Assembly: GCF_009669305.1 (NCBI RefSeq)
Contig: NZ_SADB01000021.1
Location: 1-24,000, forward strand
DNA length: 24,000 nucleotides
Direction: 5' to 3'
From: Ancylomarina sp. 16SWW S1-10-2
GTDB taxonomy: Bacteria; Bacteroidota; Bacteroidia; Bacteroidales; Marinifilaceae
Shown in pieces: positions 7,620 to 17,201 of this stretch (the stretch's first letter is position 1; every line of letters starts with the position of its first letter). The translations under genes and the position numbers were made by a program. The notes beneath the pieces are model-generated. The model was not told the origin of the DNA, did no database searches, and saw only the letters and a list, made by a program, of their open reading frames with translations.

Positions 7620-9050
7620 TCAATGAGTTTCGGTATTTGATGTAATTTGTTTTATCATTCCCTTAAATATAAATCCATGAAAAGGGTATACGGCATACCA
7701 ATATAATCTACCTGCTAGGCCTAATGGTCTGAAAGTGGCAGTCTGAATAAGTTCATTGTTAACAAGCTTAAATTCTAACCAAGCTTCCCCAGGTAGCTTC
7801 ATTTCAGCAAATAAGAGTAAACGTCCTTCGTTTTTGTTAGCATATAATACGCGCCAAAAGTCAATAGAATCCCCAACATTAATAGTAGATGGATTAGTAC
7901 GTCCTCGTCTAAGTCCAACACCGCCAAATAAGTTGTCTATAAAACCTCTAGTTTTCCATAACCAGTTTCCATAATACCATCCGGTGTTTCCACCAATACG
8001 CCAAATTTTATCGATACAAGCTTCACGATTTTCAAAAGGTCTCGTTCGGTTATCTTTGAAACATCCAAAAGAGGGAACTTGAATAAATTCAGATATGTTG
8101 AAATTTATATCGCTACTAGAATAGGCATCTTTCCAGCTTGAGATAATTTCGTTGCTTTGAATTTTACTAAAGGCCCTTTTTAAAGAATCTTTATAGCTTA
8201 ATGGGCTTACTCCAAGAATTGTGTCTAGCCGATTATCACGACAAGTCACTTCTATTTTCATACTATGTACTAGTGATGTGGCGAGCTTGTATGAGGTAGA
8301 TGTAACAAAATATAACCAGTAGGATGAAAGCTTGGGAGTCATTATGGGAACAACAAAGATTCTACGTTTTAAATTCCGCACTTTCGCAAAATCTAAGAGC
8401 ATGTTTTTGTAAGACAATATATCTGGACCACCTATATCAAAATTTTGATTAAACGTTTTTGAATTGAATAATGATTTGGAAAGGAATGAAATAACATCTG
8501 AAATACCAATGGGTTGACATTTGGTATGCAACCATTTTGGCGTAATCATAACAGGTAGTTTCTCAACTAAATCTCTAATAATCTCAAAAGAAGCACTCCC
8601 AGATCCAATAATAATTCCGGCCCTTAAGGCGGTAAAATTATATTCACCTTTGCTAAGTTCCAATTCTACATTTTTTCTTGAAGTTAAATGTTTGGAGAGT
8701 TCTGCCTCATTAACAATACCACTTAAATATATAACATGATTTACTTTTGTTTTTTGAAGTGCATTTCTAAAGTTTATGGCAGAAGTTTCTTCCAAGGATT
8801 GATAGTCGTCAGATGATGACATGGAGTGTACTAAATAGTAAGCACCATCAATATCTTCAGGGATATTTTCTAAAGATTTCTCATCTAACAAGTCTAACTT
8901 AAGCACTGTAATGTTTTCTTTTAAAGATTCAGGAGGATTGAATCTTTTTATGTCTCTTACACAGCAAACCACCTCATGGCCTAATTCAATTAGAACAGGG
9001 AGTAGTCGTTTACCAATATATCCTGTTGAACCTGTTAATAGTATTTTCAT
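7620..9050 (-). CDS. NAD(P)-binding atypical SDR (NmrA-like) fused to a DUF2867 domain
   Basis: 476 aa. The N-terminal Rossmann motif is KILLTGSTGYIGKRL. The C-terminal ~150 aa (GGNTGWYYGNWLWKTRGFID...WLEFKL...) resembles DUF2867 as I recall it. Confidence 0.7.
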   Translation of the reverse strand: MKILLTGSTGYIGKRLLPVLIELGHEVVCCVRDIKRFNPPESLKENITVLKLDLLDEKSLENIPEDIDGAYYLVHSMSSSDDYQSLEETSAINFRNALQKTKVNHVIYLSGIVNEAELSKHLTSRKNVELELSKGEYNFTALRAGIIIGSGSASFEIIRDLVEKLPVMITPKWLHTKCQPIGISDVISFLSKSLFNSKTFNQNFDIGGPDILSYKNMLLDFAKVRNLKRRIFVVPIMTPKLSSYWLYFVTSTSYKLATSLVHSMKIEVTCRDNRLDTILGVSPLSYKDSLKRAFSKIQSNEIISSWKDAYSSSDINFNISEFIQVPSFGCFKDNRTRPFENREACIDKIWRIGGNTGWYYGNWLWKTRGFIDNLFGGVGLRRGRTNPSTINVGDSIDFWRVLYANKNEGRLLLFAEMKLPGEAWLEFKLVNNELIQTATFRPLGLAGRLYWYAVYPFHGFIFKGMIKQITSNTETH

Positions 9051-9314
9051 TTTAATGAATTTAAGGTTACTGTGTTAAGCTTATATCGAATTTTCGCCAT
9101 GTTTCATAGTTTACCGTTAAATAACCTTACTAAGGTAAAGTATAGTCAGCGATCTACAAAGCCCCGCTTTGAATTTGAACGCGTATTAGGTATTGCTATT
9201 TAAAATGTTGCTTAGAGGTAAACTTCAATGCTTTATAAAGTTGTCAAGGTCAGATTTTTCCATTTATAATATTATCTAAAATTTATCGTCTACTGATTTA
9301 TTTTGATTGTTAAT

Positions 9315-10523
9315 TTACCTAATCAACTCTACTATTTTAGTTTCTAAAATAGGTTTGAAAAGGCTGGGAGTTGTTCTGTGTAATATGACTTTGTTACAAT
9401 CGTTAAATTTCATAAAAGCTTCAAGTTCTTTAGATAAGGCAATAGAAAAAGCTTCGGTCTTTATAAAATTTGGTTCTAGAGCTAAATGGTTTATATGTAA
9501 AATAAATGTCTTTCTCTCAGCCTTACAATCCATTCGTGCAACGAGTTTTCCATTCCATAATATGGGTAGTGAGAAATAACCATATTGGCGTTTAGCTTCG
9601 GGAACATAACATTCAATTAAATAATCGAAATTGAATAAGTCTTTCATTCGCTTTCGCTGAATAAGTAGATTGTCAAAAGGAGAGAGGATTTTAAGTTGTG
9701 AACGAGATAGAGGTTTTTTTAATAGTTCCAATGAATTTGGCAAAGCGTAATAGCTGTTTTTCTTTACGTCAATCTGCAAAATTTCTTTATTAGAAATCAT
9801 ATCTTTCAATGTAGAATTAACTAGAGGTTTTGTGTTTTTTAGTAGATAAGCTATCTCCGAAGCTTGTCCTAAGCCATTGCTTTGCAGGTATCGCGATATG
9901 AGGAAACGGGTATATTCTTCCTTGCTAGGTATAGTCGTATCTATATCGTTCGGAATAACACGTTCTGTTAAGTCGTAAACCTTGTGGAAATTTCGACGAG
10001 AAGAAATCATCAAGTCACCTTGCATAAACAAATTTTCCAAGGCTTGTTTTGTAGGTTTTGTTCGCCATTCACCTACTTTTTGTCCTTTAAAGTCAAAATC
10101 TTTAGCCATTAAAGAACCTTCGTCGGTAATACGTTTAAGTACCGATTTCATTAGTTTATCATCACGTTTATACCAATGATTTTCTGTTCCATTTAAAATG
10201 GCTTGTTTGCGAAATAAGCTATATCGATAATCTCGCATTGGCAGGTAAGCTGCGGCATGCGACCAGTATTCAAATACCTGTTTGTTTGCAATCAGTTGGT
10301 CAAGGTGATCGTTTTGGTAGCGAGGGTTACGATTCCACATCGTATGATGATGTGCACGTTGAATAGCCGAAATTGTATCAATTTGAATATAACCAAGGTG
10401 CTCAACAACTGATAAACTTGCATCAATTGCTTGACCCGTTTGTTTTGCTGGTGGAATTTTTTGCGATAACAAAACCAATTTTTGAGCTTCTTGTAGGGAG
10501 AGTGATTCCGATGTTTTGGTCAT
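9315..10523 (-). CDS. YcaQ/AlkZ-like winged-helix DNA glycosylase family protein (DUF1006)
   Basis: 402 aa, a size typical of YcaQ. It contains LGYIQIDTISAIQRAHHHTMWNR with a Q-I-D triplet at residues 47-49 (nt 10377-10385). This matches the Q-hydrophobic-D catalytic motif of the YcaQ-like subfamily. Confidence 0.7.
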   Translation of the reverse strand: MTKTSESLSLQEAQKLVLLSQKIPPAKQTGQAIDASLSVVEHLGYIQIDTISAIQRAHHHTMWNRNPRYQNDHLDQLIANKQVFEYWSHAAAYLPMRDYRYSLFRKQAILNGTENHWYKRDDKLMKSVLKRITDEGSLMAKDFDFKGQKVGEWRTKPTKQALENLFMQGDLMISSRRNFHKVYDLTERVIPNDIDTTIPSKEEYTRFLISRYLQSNGLGQASEIAYLLKNTKPLVNSTLKDMISNKEILQIDVKKNSYYALPNSLELLKKPLSRSQLKILSPFDNLLIQRKRMKDLFNFDYLIECYVPEAKRQYGYFSLPILWNGKLVARMDCKAERKTFILHINHLALEPNFIKTEAFSIALSKELEAFMKFNDCNKVILHRTTPSLFKPILETKIVELIR

Positions 10524-10910
10524 TTATTTCTATTGGGTTTTAGATTTTAGCTTGTTTTGACTAACACTATCTATAGCGCTATTCATTTCTTTAATGGTAT
10601 TGAGTAAAGTATGCTTGTGAATATTTTTTATCTAAGATAAGTGTGTATTCTTTAAAAGCAAGACGTTTCATATATAAAAGGACGTATTAAAAGAGTAGTC
10701 TTTTTTACGAGTATTTTTTAGTTGTGATTTAGATCTAACAAATGGGTATTATATAGTTTAAGCATTTATAATTTGAGTAATTCGTTTATACTTAGTATTC
10801 TTCTGTCAAAAATATATCTTCATTCAATTAAAACTGTTTTAAATATCATCTCATCTTTGTATATTTATTTCAGATTTTGCGTTCTGATAGAACACCTTAA
10901 AACCAGCATT

Positions 10911-11528
10911 ATGAATAAGCTTTTAAATTTTATTTTTTTCTCACTTACCCTTTTGCTGATTTCTTGTGGAGATACAAGTGAGAATGATTTTAGCTTCGTG
11001 GAATCGTCAGAAGCTTCGAAAATCAATGAGATAAATAGAAAAGAAGCCTTTGATTATTTGAATGCTGTTCGAAATGAACCAGCGGCATATAGTGATGAGT
11101 TAGGTGTCGATTTATCAGATGTTGAGAAACGCCCACAATTAATTTGGAATGAAGAATTGGCTACGGCAGCTTATAATAAAGTTAAAGACATGGCAGAAAA
11201 AAAATATTTTTCGCATGTTGACTCGGCTGGTTATGGTATGAATTATAGAATAAATGAAGCAGGTTTCCATCTTGCCGATTATCTGTTACAATCTAAAACT
11301 GCGAACAGCTTTGAATCAATAGCTGCTGGAACAAAACTCAATACGGGGAAAATAATGATTCAACGGTTGATTATAGATAAAGATATTGAAGGATTCGGAC
11401 ATAGAAAACATTTACTAGGGATGACTGATTTTTGGGCAGAATCAGCATATTGTGGAATTGGCTTTTACAAACAGCCCGGCTCAAGATATACTCATTATAT
11501 TTGCGTACTGATAGCGAGACATGAATAA
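10911..11528 (+). CDS. CAP/SCP (PR-1-like) domain lipoprotein
   Basis: The start is set at ATG 10911, because the track ORF begins at TTG 10773 with an implausible leader. The signal peptide and lipobox read MNKLLNFIFFSLTLLLISC. CAP-domain motifs include LIWNEELATAAYNKVKDMAEKKYFSH and GHRKHLLG. Confidence 0.75.
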   Translation: MNKLLNFIFFSLTLLLISCGDTSENDFSFVESSEASKINEINRKEAFDYLNAVRNEPAAYSDELGVDLSDVEKRPQLIWNEELATAAYNKVKDMAEKKYFSHVDSAGYGMNYRINEAGFHLADYLLQSKTANSFESIAAGTKLNTGKIMIQRLIIDKDIEGFGHRKHLLGMTDFWAESAYCGIGFYKQPGSRYTHYICVLIARHE

Positions 11529-11907
11529 AATAGCTGTATTGTATTAAGTGTCTTAGGAGTAGGGATTCTGTTTACGGAAAGAAGGATTTAGTTTATATCA
11601 CGATCTCCAATTGGTAGTAAATTTACATCAGAAAGTGTAATGTCTTAAAAGTTAAAATGTAAGATCTAGTGTTTCCTTATTTCTTGTGTATTTTGTAATT
11701 CCCCATATTAGTTTAAAAATAGAGGTGGAGGTGCTTCGTAATTTGACATGTTTACAGTCACCTTCCTTTGTTTGTGAAATATAATATGTAAAAACTTCCT
11801 TAATTTGTATTGAATCTTAAATGTCTAATAACACTTTTTGTCTATGTAATTTGCTCAAGATTATTCTTACTTTACAAGAATAACAATCCTAAAGTAAATG
11901 AACAATT

Positions 11908-13803
11908 ATGAGTAGAAAATACATACGATTTTTCGCAAGCATTTTTCTAATTTGCCTATGTAGTTCTCTTATAGCTCAAAATATTAAATCCCCAAAAGAA
12001 AAGAATATCCTCATTCTACATAGTTATCATCAGGGTTTAGAATGGACTGATAATATTTCAGAAGGCATTTTGTCTGTTTTTCAAGATAGAAACGATATTA
12101 ATCTGTTCTTTGAGTATTTAGACACTAAACGAAACTATTCTCAAGAGTATTTTGATGCACTGAAAGAGATATATAAGAATAAAACCAAACAGAATCCATA
12201 TACAGTTATTATTACCTGTGATAATGCGGCTTTTGACTTTATGCAAAAGTATAGTGATGAATATTACAATGGTGTTCCAGTTATTTTTTGTGGTGTAAAT
12301 AATTTGGATAAAACGATATTAAATGAAGTTCCTCATTTTTATGGTTACGATGAAACAGTTGATTATAAAAGCACGCTAAATGCTATAAAGACGATATTTC
12401 CTAACAAGAAAAATGTATTAATCGTTAACGATCACACTTTAACAGGAAAAACGATTCGTAAAGAATTAGAAAAAATTCTGCCTCAATTTGAAAATGACCT
12501 GAATTTCGAGTTTATGTCTGAATTTAGTATTGATGAACTTAAGAAAAAGGTAAAATCTCTAGATGATACTTATGCTATCTATTTATTGGTCGTAAATAGA
12601 GATAAGGATGATAATTTCATCTCTTATAAAAACGGTATTAGGGCAATAAATAAGGTTAGTAAAGTTCCTATTTTTGGTTCGTGGGATTTTTATGAAAATA
12701 AAGGTTTGTTAGGTGGGAAAATTACAAGGGGCTTTAATCAAGGTAAATATGCTGCTTTAATGGCAGAAAAAATAATTGAAAATGGGATATCAGATAGTAT
12801 ATCTCAGTATAATAGTGGTGTTAATTCATATGTATTTGATTATAATGAGATGGAGAAGTTTGGTGTGTCTTCTAATCGACTTCCAGAGGGTAGCCTAATC
12901 ATTAATAAGCCAAAAGGGAATGAGTCTCTATTTAAAATCATATTATTAATATTTTCTCTAGTTCTGCTTATAACTGTAATTGTTTTAGTAATTAGATTGA
13001 GAATAAAAAGAAGACGAGAACAGGCCCTTCAGAATTTAGTCAATGAAAAGACACATCTATTGACAGAAATGAATTTATCTCTAAAACATATTATATCCCA
13101 GAAAGATAGATTTTTATCAATAATATCGCATGATTTGAGAGGACCATTTAATTATTTGGTTGGTTTCTCAACCATGTTGAACAATGAATTTGATACATTG
13201 GACAAGGCAACTCAGAAAGATTTTATCAATACAATTCATCAGGGTATCGATCGCACTTATAAATTATTGGAGGATTTGTTATCATGGTCATATTCGCAGA
13301 GTGGTGCGATTAAATTTAAACCTGAAGAGATAAATGCAGGCGAAATAGTAAAAGAAATAATTGAGGTGATGAATTTTTCCTTGGAGCAAAAAAATATTAA
13401 GCTAATTAATAATGTGAAAGAATCTGTTTTTGTTAGTGCAGATAAAAATATGCTTTCAACAATTATAAGAAATCTTTTTTCTAATGCTATTAAGTTTACA
13501 CCCAAAGAAGGCGTAATAGTGCTTGATGCCCAGGAGATTATTGGTGATAATAAAAAGAGTTTTATTGAATTTTCAGTAAAAGATACAGGTGTAGGAATAA
13601 GCAAGGAGAATCAATCTATGCTTTTTGATATTGCCAAGGTGTCATCAAACAATGGAACAGATGATGAGCCAGGAACAGGACTAGGTCTTATTCTTTGTAA
13701 AGAATTTACAGATAAACATAAAGGTGAAATTTGGGTTGAGAGTGAACCTGAAAAAGGGAGTAGGTTTGTATTTACAATGCCTGCTTTTGAAGCTGAATTT
13801 TAA
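11908..13803 (+). CDS. Sensor histidine kinase with a periplasmic ABC-substrate-binding-like domain
   Basis: 631 aa. It has a signal/TM segment and a ~320-aa periplasmic domain opening with ILILHSYHQGLEWTDNISEGI, typical of PF04392-like sensor domains. A TM segment (IILLIFSLVLLITVIVLVI) follows. The transmitter shows H-box SHDLRGPFN, N-box RNLFSNAIKFT and G-boxes DTGVGI and GTGLGL. Confidence 0.85.
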   Translation: MSRKYIRFFASIFLICLCSSLIAQNIKSPKEKNILILHSYHQGLEWTDNISEGILSVFQDRNDINLFFEYLDTKRNYSQEYFDALKEIYKNKTKQNPYTVIITCDNAAFDFMQKYSDEYYNGVPVIFCGVNNLDKTILNEVPHFYGYDETVDYKSTLNAIKTIFPNKKNVLIVNDHTLTGKTIRKELEKILPQFENDLNFEFMSEFSIDELKKKVKSLDDTYAIYLLVVNRDKDDNFISYKNGIRAINKVSKVPIFGSWDFYENKGLLGGKITRGFNQGKYAALMAEKIIENGISDSISQYNSGVNSYVFDYNEMEKFGVSSNRLPEGSLIINKPKGNESLFKIILLIFSLVLLITVIVLVIRLRIKRRREQALQNLVNEKTHLLTEMNLSLKHIISQKDRFLSIISHDLRGPFNYLVGFSTMLNNEFDTLDKATQKDFINTIHQGIDRTYKLLEDLLSWSYSQSGAIKFKPEEINAGEIVKEIIEVMNFSLEQKNIKLINNVKESVFVSADKNMLSTIIRNLFSNAIKFTPKEGVIVLDAQEIIGDNKKSFIEFSVKDTGVGISKENQSMLFDIAKVSSNNGTDDEPGTGLGLILCKEFTDKHKGEIWVESEPEKGSRFVFTMPAFEAEF

Positions 13804-14254
13804 GTCTATTATTGGATTGTGCAAGAGGTGGCTATGTAGCTTTGAGAATTATTTATGTTTTGTTATTTTTCTAATATTCAATTTTTTGTTCAGTGATTCC
13901 TATATTTCTTTAGATTAAATCTTATTTTTTGGTAGTAGAACCCATTTTTTAAAGTATTTCAAGGTGATTTTGTTTAAGCAACTTTTTTATCCTCGTGCTT
14001 AAATTAGTTTGTATGTCAAGTCCTAAAATATTTCCTCAATTGTTATTTTGAAATATCTATATATCCAATTTCAACTTTTATGCTTACTAATGCTATTTAA
14101 GAATAGGTTCAAATTTAAATAAATACGTCTTATTTTGCGATTTTAATTTAAGACTAAAATCTTGAGTTTTTCATTAACACCCACTGTGTTAGTTTGTTAT
14201 TATATAGAATACATCTAAAAGGAAAGTACTGTGTAATACTAGGTGATTTTTTTA

Positions 14255-14262
14255 TACATTTG
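14255..14262 (+). promoter_or_regulatory. -7 promoter box TACATTTG upstream of glpA
   Basis: This is an exact TAnnTTTG match. It lies inside the GTG-initiated track ORF (14243), which supports a downstream start at ATG 14279 or 14315. Confidence 0.35.
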
Positions 14263-14314
14263 TAACTGTGATTCAGTAATGAATATTGAAAGGTGTAAAA
14301 AAAATAAACTCATC

Positions 14315-15940
14315 ATGAACAAGAACAATTCCAAAGAATACGATGTGATAATCATTGGTGGCGGAGTCACTGGCGCAGGAACGGCACGAGATTGTGCAAT
14401 GCGCGGACTGAGCGTTTTACTTGTAGAGCGTCATGATTTTGCTACTGGGGCAACAGGACGTAATCATGGATTATTACATAGTGGTGCTCGTTATGCAGTA
14501 ACTGATCCTGAATCGGCTTCGGAATGTATTAAAGAAAATATGACTTTGCGACGTATCGCAAACCATTGCGTTGAGGAGAATAATGGTCTATTTGTTACCT
14601 TACCTGAGGATGATTTGGCTTTTCAATCCCAATTTGTAGATGCTTGTAAAACGGCGGGTATTGGAACTGAAATTCTAGATCCTGATTTTGCTCGTCGTCT
14701 CGAACCATCGGTAAATCCTAATTTAAAAGGTGCCGTAAAAGTTCCTGATGGATCGGTTGATCCTTTTCGTCTGACGATGTCGAACATGTTGGACGCTAAA
14801 ATTCATGGCGCAGAACTTTTAACTCAGCATGAAGTAACAGATGTGATCTGTGAGCAAAATAGAGCTATAGGTGTTGAGTTATTTAATCATGCAAAAAATG
14901 AAAAAGTAAAGTATTACGCTAAAATAATAGTGAATGCTGGAGGTATCTGGGGACATCATATTGCAAGTCTTGCAGGTATTAATATTAATATGTTTCCAGC
15001 AAAGGGATCTCTTCTTATATTTGGTCATCGTGTAAACAAAATGGTGCTTAACCGATGTAGAAAACCAGCTAATGCTGATATTCTAGTTCCAGGCGATACT
15101 ATTTGCCTGATTGGAACCACATCGGAACGTGTTCCATACGATCAAATTGATAATATGTTTGTCTCTCAGGCAGATGTGGATGTTCTTATTCGCGAAGGTG
15201 TAAAACTTTCGCCATCGCTAGCTACAACTCGTATTTTACGTGCTTATGCTGGAGTTAGACCTTTAGTTGCAGCTGATAATGATCCTACAGGAAGAAATAT
15301 TAGTCGTGGTATCGTGTTACTTGATCATCAGGAACGCGATGGACTTTCTGGTTTTATCACAATTACCGGTGGTAAGCTAATGACTTACCGTTTAATGGCT
15401 GAAGAGGCTACCAACTTAGTTTGTAAAAAGCTCGCTGTTGATAAGCAATGTGAAACAGCAGAAAAGGCGTTACCAGGTTCAGAAAAAAGTGATTTGTCTT
15501 TAGATAATGCAACCGATAAGATTTACTCAGGTATGAGTATTGCTCAAAAATCGGCGAAAGATCGTCATGGAACTCTTGCCAAAAATATTGCTGTCGGAGA
15601 TAGTAATGACGACTCATTGGTTTGCGAATGCGAGGGTGTTTCGATAGGTGAGGTGAAATATGCAATTAAAGAATTACATGTCAACAACTTGATAGACTTG
15701 CGTCGTAGAACTCGTGTAGGCATGGGAACATGTCAAGGCGAACTTTGTGCTTGTCGTGCTGCCGGACTTCTTTGTGAGTCGTTGGAAGAACCCGGTGAAG
15801 CAAAAGATGACTTGGCCAATTTCCTTCAGGAACGATGGAAAGGCATGTCGCCAATTGCATGGGGAGATACGATTAATGAGGTTCAGTTTACCTCTTGGAT
15901 TTACGAAGGTATTTATGGATTGAAACCAGATAACAATTAA
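14315..15940 (+). CDS. glpA: Anaerobic glycerol-3-phosphate dehydrogenase subunit A
   Basis: The FAD-binding motif is YDVIIIGGGVTGAG. The C-terminal BFD-like [2Fe-2S] motif reads CECEGVS...GMGTCQGELC. With ATG 14315 the product is 541 aa, which is the canonical GlpA size. glpB and glpC follow. Confidence 0.9.
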   Translation: MNKNNSKEYDVIIIGGGVTGAGTARDCAMRGLSVLLVERHDFATGATGRNHGLLHSGARYAVTDPESASECIKENMTLRRIANHCVEENNGLFVTLPEDDLAFQSQFVDACKTAGIGTEILDPDFARRLEPSVNPNLKGAVKVPDGSVDPFRLTMSNMLDAKIHGAELLTQHEVTDVICEQNRAIGVELFNHAKNEKVKYYAKIIVNAGGIWGHHIASLAGININMFPAKGSLLIFGHRVNKMVLNRCRKPANADILVPGDTICLIGTTSERVPYDQIDNMFVSQADVDVLIREGVKLSPSLATTRILRAYAGVRPLVAADNDPTGRNISRGIVLLDHQERDGLSGFITITGGKLMTYRLMAEEATNLVCKKLAVDKQCETAEKALPGSEKSDLSLDNATDKIYSGMSIAQKSAKDRHGTLAKNIAVGDSNDDSLVCECEGVSIGEVKYAIKELHVNNLIDLRRRTRVGMGTCQGELCACRAAGLLCESLEEPGEAKDDLANFLQERWKGMSPIAWGDTINEVQFTSWIYEGIYGLKPDNN

Positions 15941-15952
15941 GCTCGAAACAAT

Positions 15953-17194
15953 ATGAAGTTCGATAATATTATAATAGGAGGTGGGTTGAGTGGACTCACA
16001 TGTGGCATTAAATTGGCAGAGCTAGGGAAAAAATGTGCGATTGTTTCATCGGGACAAAGTGCCATTCATTTCTTTTCAGGATCATTAGATTTACTTGGAA
16101 AAGTGAATGGCGAAGAAGTGTCTAATCCGCTTGAAAGCATTAAAACATTAGCAGATAATCATCCTTACCAACGTGTAGGAATTGATAATATGACTCGTTT
16201 AGCTGATGAAGTTCCTCAGTTTTTGGATCGTGCAGGCTTGAAATTTTCTGGAAATGCGAATCAAAATCATTTTGTGCTTACGCCAATGGGGGTTATGAAA
16301 CCAACTTGGTTGACTATTGAAGATTTTACTCGATTTGAGACAAAGGACTCATTTCCATGGAAAAAAGCCTTAATAATAAACTTTAGTGGATTTTTAGATT
16401 TTCATACACTGTTTATAAAGGATGGTTTGAAAAAGTTAGATGTGACTACTCAGATTAAGAATGTTTCGATGAAACAGTTCGAAGCTATTCGTAAAAATCC
16501 GAGTGAAATGCGTTCTACTAATATCGCTAAAGTATTCGATAATGGAGATGCTCTTGATGAATTTGCTCAAAAGGCAAATGATTTAAGCGAAGGTTTCGAC
16601 GTGGTGATATTGCCAGCCGTATTTGGTCTTTTGAACAAGCAAATTGTTTCGGAAATTAAAGCAAAAATACTTAAACCACTTGTCCTTCTTCCAGCTGTAC
16701 CACCATCGGTACCGGGTATTCGAAGTCAGATATTGCTTCGTAAGAGATTTCAGGCCTTGGGTGGAACTTACTTTTTAGGCGATAATGTTGAAGAAGGATT
16801 TTTTGAGAACAACCGACTTGTTGCTATTGCAACCAATAACCATGGCGATATTAAGCTAAAAGCTGATCAATTTATTTTGGCAAGTGGAAGTTTTTATAGC
16901 AAAGGAATTGTAGCGACTCGAGATAAAGTATACGAACCAATTTTTGGTTTAGATGTTAATGGCGAAACCAATGGGTCTGAGTGGAAAGACGAGAAGTTTT
17001 TTAACGATCAGCCTTATATGCATTTTGGTGTTAAAACTGACAGCCAATTTCATGCAATGATAAATGGAGAGCCTGTAGAGAATTTATTTGTAGCAGGTTC
17101 TGTATTAGGAGGAGCTAATGCTCTTAAGGAAGGTAGTGGTGCAGGTATCAGCTTATTGACTTCGTTGCATGTAGCTGAGCAAATTTTAAAATAA
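15953..17194 (+). CDS. glpB: Anaerobic glycerol-3-phosphate dehydrogenase subunit B
   Basis: 413 aa. The N-terminal dinucleotide-binding motif is FDNIIIGGGLSGL. The gene sits between glpA and glpC with 12-nt and 7-nt gaps. Confidence 0.85.
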   Translation: MKFDNIIIGGGLSGLTCGIKLAELGKKCAIVSSGQSAIHFFSGSLDLLGKVNGEEVSNPLESIKTLADNHPYQRVGIDNMTRLADEVPQFLDRAGLKFSGNANQNHFVLTPMGVMKPTWLTIEDFTRFETKDSFPWKKALIINFSGFLDFHTLFIKDGLKKLDVTTQIKNVSMKQFEAIRKNPSEMRSTNIAKVFDNGDALDEFAQKANDLSEGFDVVILPAVFGLLNKQIVSEIKAKILKPLVLLPAVPPSVPGIRSQILLRKRFQALGGTYFLGDNVEEGFFENNRLVAIATNNHGDIKLKADQFILASGSFYSKGIVATRDKVYEPIFGLDVNGETNGSEWKDEKFFNDQPYMHFGVKTDSQFHAMINGEPVENLFVAGSVLGGANALKEGSGAGISLLTSLHVAEQILK

Positions 17195-17201
17195 GTGTAG
17201 G

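Noticed and set aside
7756-10179. Plus-strand ORFs at 7756-7974, 8521-8739, 9307-9579 and 9982-10179.
   Set aside because: All are antisense to the SDR-DUF2867 or YcaQ-like genes, or overlap their ends. They are short and have no recognisable motifs.
13257-13918. ORF 13257-13604 (-) and ORF 13724-13918 (+) at the 3' end of the orphan kinase gene.
   Set aside because: The first is antisense to the HATPase region. The second is an out-of-frame overlap running into AT-rich intergenic DNA with a hydrophobic low-complexity product. Neither has independent support.
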